Shown: piece by piece, positions 62,830 through 64,000 of the stretch
Layout: each line of letters starts with the position of its first letter
Numbering within the stretch: the stretch's first letter is position 1
Source of the DNA: an uncultured Holdemania sp.
Lineage (GTDB): Bacteria; Bacillota_I; Bacilli_A; Erysipelotrichales; Erysipelotrichaceae
Assembly: GCA_964369385.1 (NCBI GenBank)
Contig: CAYJEY010000002.1
Span: forward strand, 122,472 to 186,471
Direction: 5' to 3'
DNA: 64,000 nucleotides
Notes under the pieces: model-generated
What the model saw: only the letters and a program-made list of their open reading frames with translations
What the model was told of the DNA's origin: nothing
Databases searched by the model: none
Made by a program: the position numbers and the translations under genes

Positions 62830-63813
62830 TTACTTTGTGCTACCCAAAACAATGTATGGTTGAATCTGATATGGTTTTGGAGCAACATTGCGGTCTTCCC
62901 ACATATAGAAGAAACGCTCAGCTGGATAGTAATAGTACCCATCTTGCCAGTGATCACTTGTATCATATGGATCAGCAAAGATGATGATATCATCTCCGAT
63001 AGATGGTGTTCCCATTGTGTCATATCCAATGACAACTTGCCAGTGACCATCCCAATCTACCCACTCAACTAAGATTCCATTACCTTCTTTGATGTGATTA
63101 GTAAGCCAAGTGACAAAATAACTGTCTTTTGCATCGTCAACCCATGCTTCTGTTGTTGCACTATTTTCTGATGCATATAATGCATTAGATGAGAATGTTC
63201 CTGGTAAATTCCCAACTTCATTTCCTGTTACACCATCTTCTTCACTAAGTAACATGTCGTCACTTACTTCAGCAATGTAACTTGTTTCAATGACTTCAAC
63301 TCCTTCAATAGTTGAAACCATGTTTACCATTTTTTCTACACTTGCCCCATATTCGTGGAAGTTATTAGCTGATCCTGGTTGTGCATCTGGTGTGTCTTCA
63401 TCTACTGATACATTTCCAAGTACTGCTAAATCCCATTCTGAGTATTCAGTGATTCCAATGTGATTTAAATACATAAATACACTTGCGGCACCACAAGACC
63501 ACTCGGCAGTTTGTTGCATTGTTTTAAAATTTGGTAAAATTGTGAGTGTATCTGTGCTCTCCATGTTGTAAAAATCAGGGTTTACAAAATACATAGAATC
63601 AGTATGGTCTCCACCATTTGCATAAGCATCAGCTCCTGAGTAATCACTGATATCCTCAGTTACAAGTTGCTCAGGTTTTGTTTTTTCAACTGTTTCTGGT
63701 GTTGCTGACACATCAGGTGTTGGTGTTTCTACTGTTGATTCTTCGTTTGTGCTACATGCAACTAAAGTAGTGAACATGATTGCTGTAATACATAATACTA
63801 AAATTCTTTTCAT
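62830..63813 (-). CDS. lipoprotein with C39-like (BtrH/YvpB-like) putative cysteine peptidase domain
   Basis: A lipobox (LVACST) and the sequence WSCGAASVFMYLNHIG, which resembles the Peptidase_C39_2 Cys motif. Confidence 0.5.
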   Translation of the reverse strand: MKRILVLCITAIMFTTLVACSTNEESTVETPTPDVSATPETVEKTKPEQLVTEDISDYSGADAYANGGDHTDSMYFVNPDFYNMESTDTLTILPNFKTMQQTAEWSCGAASVFMYLNHIGITEYSEWDLAVLGNVSVDEDTPDAQPGSANNFHEYGASVEKMVNMVSTIEGVEVIETSYIAEVSDDMLLSEEDGVTGNEVGNLPGTFSSNALYASENSATTEAWVDDAKDSYFVTWLTNHIKEGNGILVEWVDWDGHWQVVIGYDTMGTPSIGDDIIIFADPYDTSDHWQDGYYYYPAERFFYMWEDRNVAPKPYQIQPYIVLGSTK

Positions 63814-64000
63814 TCATTTCTCCTCTTTTCTGTTTTGTGAGGATACTCTTTTTGCGTTCTATCTACATTAATAAATTTAATCACTTAGTGTAGACGAAAG
63901 TTACGAATTAATTCGTACTCTTGTTGAATGCATATAAGTATCTAAACTCATACTTCAACAAGGGAAAATCCCTTGTAACTTCGGCTTTTGATCGGGCTGT

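Overview
This is a low-GC Firmicutes chromosomal window centred on the replication origin. A conserved Bacillus-type gene block (ebfC', dnaX, tadA, serS, gyrA, gyrB, recF, yaaA, dnaN, dnaA) lies on the minus strand. DnaA-box clusters flank dnaA on both sides, giving a bipartite oriC. Further along, also on the minus strand, sit rpmH-rnpA-yidC-jag, a YtrA-type GntR/ABC operon, and the sporulation-linked block pth-mfd-spoVT-yabO-yabP-yabQ-divIC. The presence of this yab/spoVT block together with a Mollicutes-like minimal SRP RNA suggests a sporulating Erysipelotrichia-like lineage. From about 27 kb onward the window is mostly plus-strand metabolic and accessory genes. These are gpmI, an orphan type IV pilin, an M20 amidohydrolase, nfeD-flotillin, yigZ, a MATE exporter, an EAL phosphodiesterase and a PepD-like dipeptidase. 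They continue with a lipoprotein hydrolase, a Nudix hydrolase, desulfoferrodoxin, a YjjI-type glycyl-radical enzyme convergent with a cytoplasmic Cys-type sulfatase, and two paralogous BMP-family nucleoside-type ABC transporter operons around manA. The window ends with a 1215-aa repeat-rich surface protein, ahpC-dps, a GNAT-Nudix fusion and a C39-like lipoprotein. Three RNA elements are missing from the ORF track. They are an approximately 80-nt small SRP RNA (ffs) between tadA and serS, driven by a consensus sigma-A promoter; a T-box leader upstream of serS; and an identical 16-bp palindrome that occurs on both sides of serS. I found no CRISPR array, transposase, integrase or phage genes. The ORF track appears to report alternative start codons as M, and several N-termini were re-called from RBS context.
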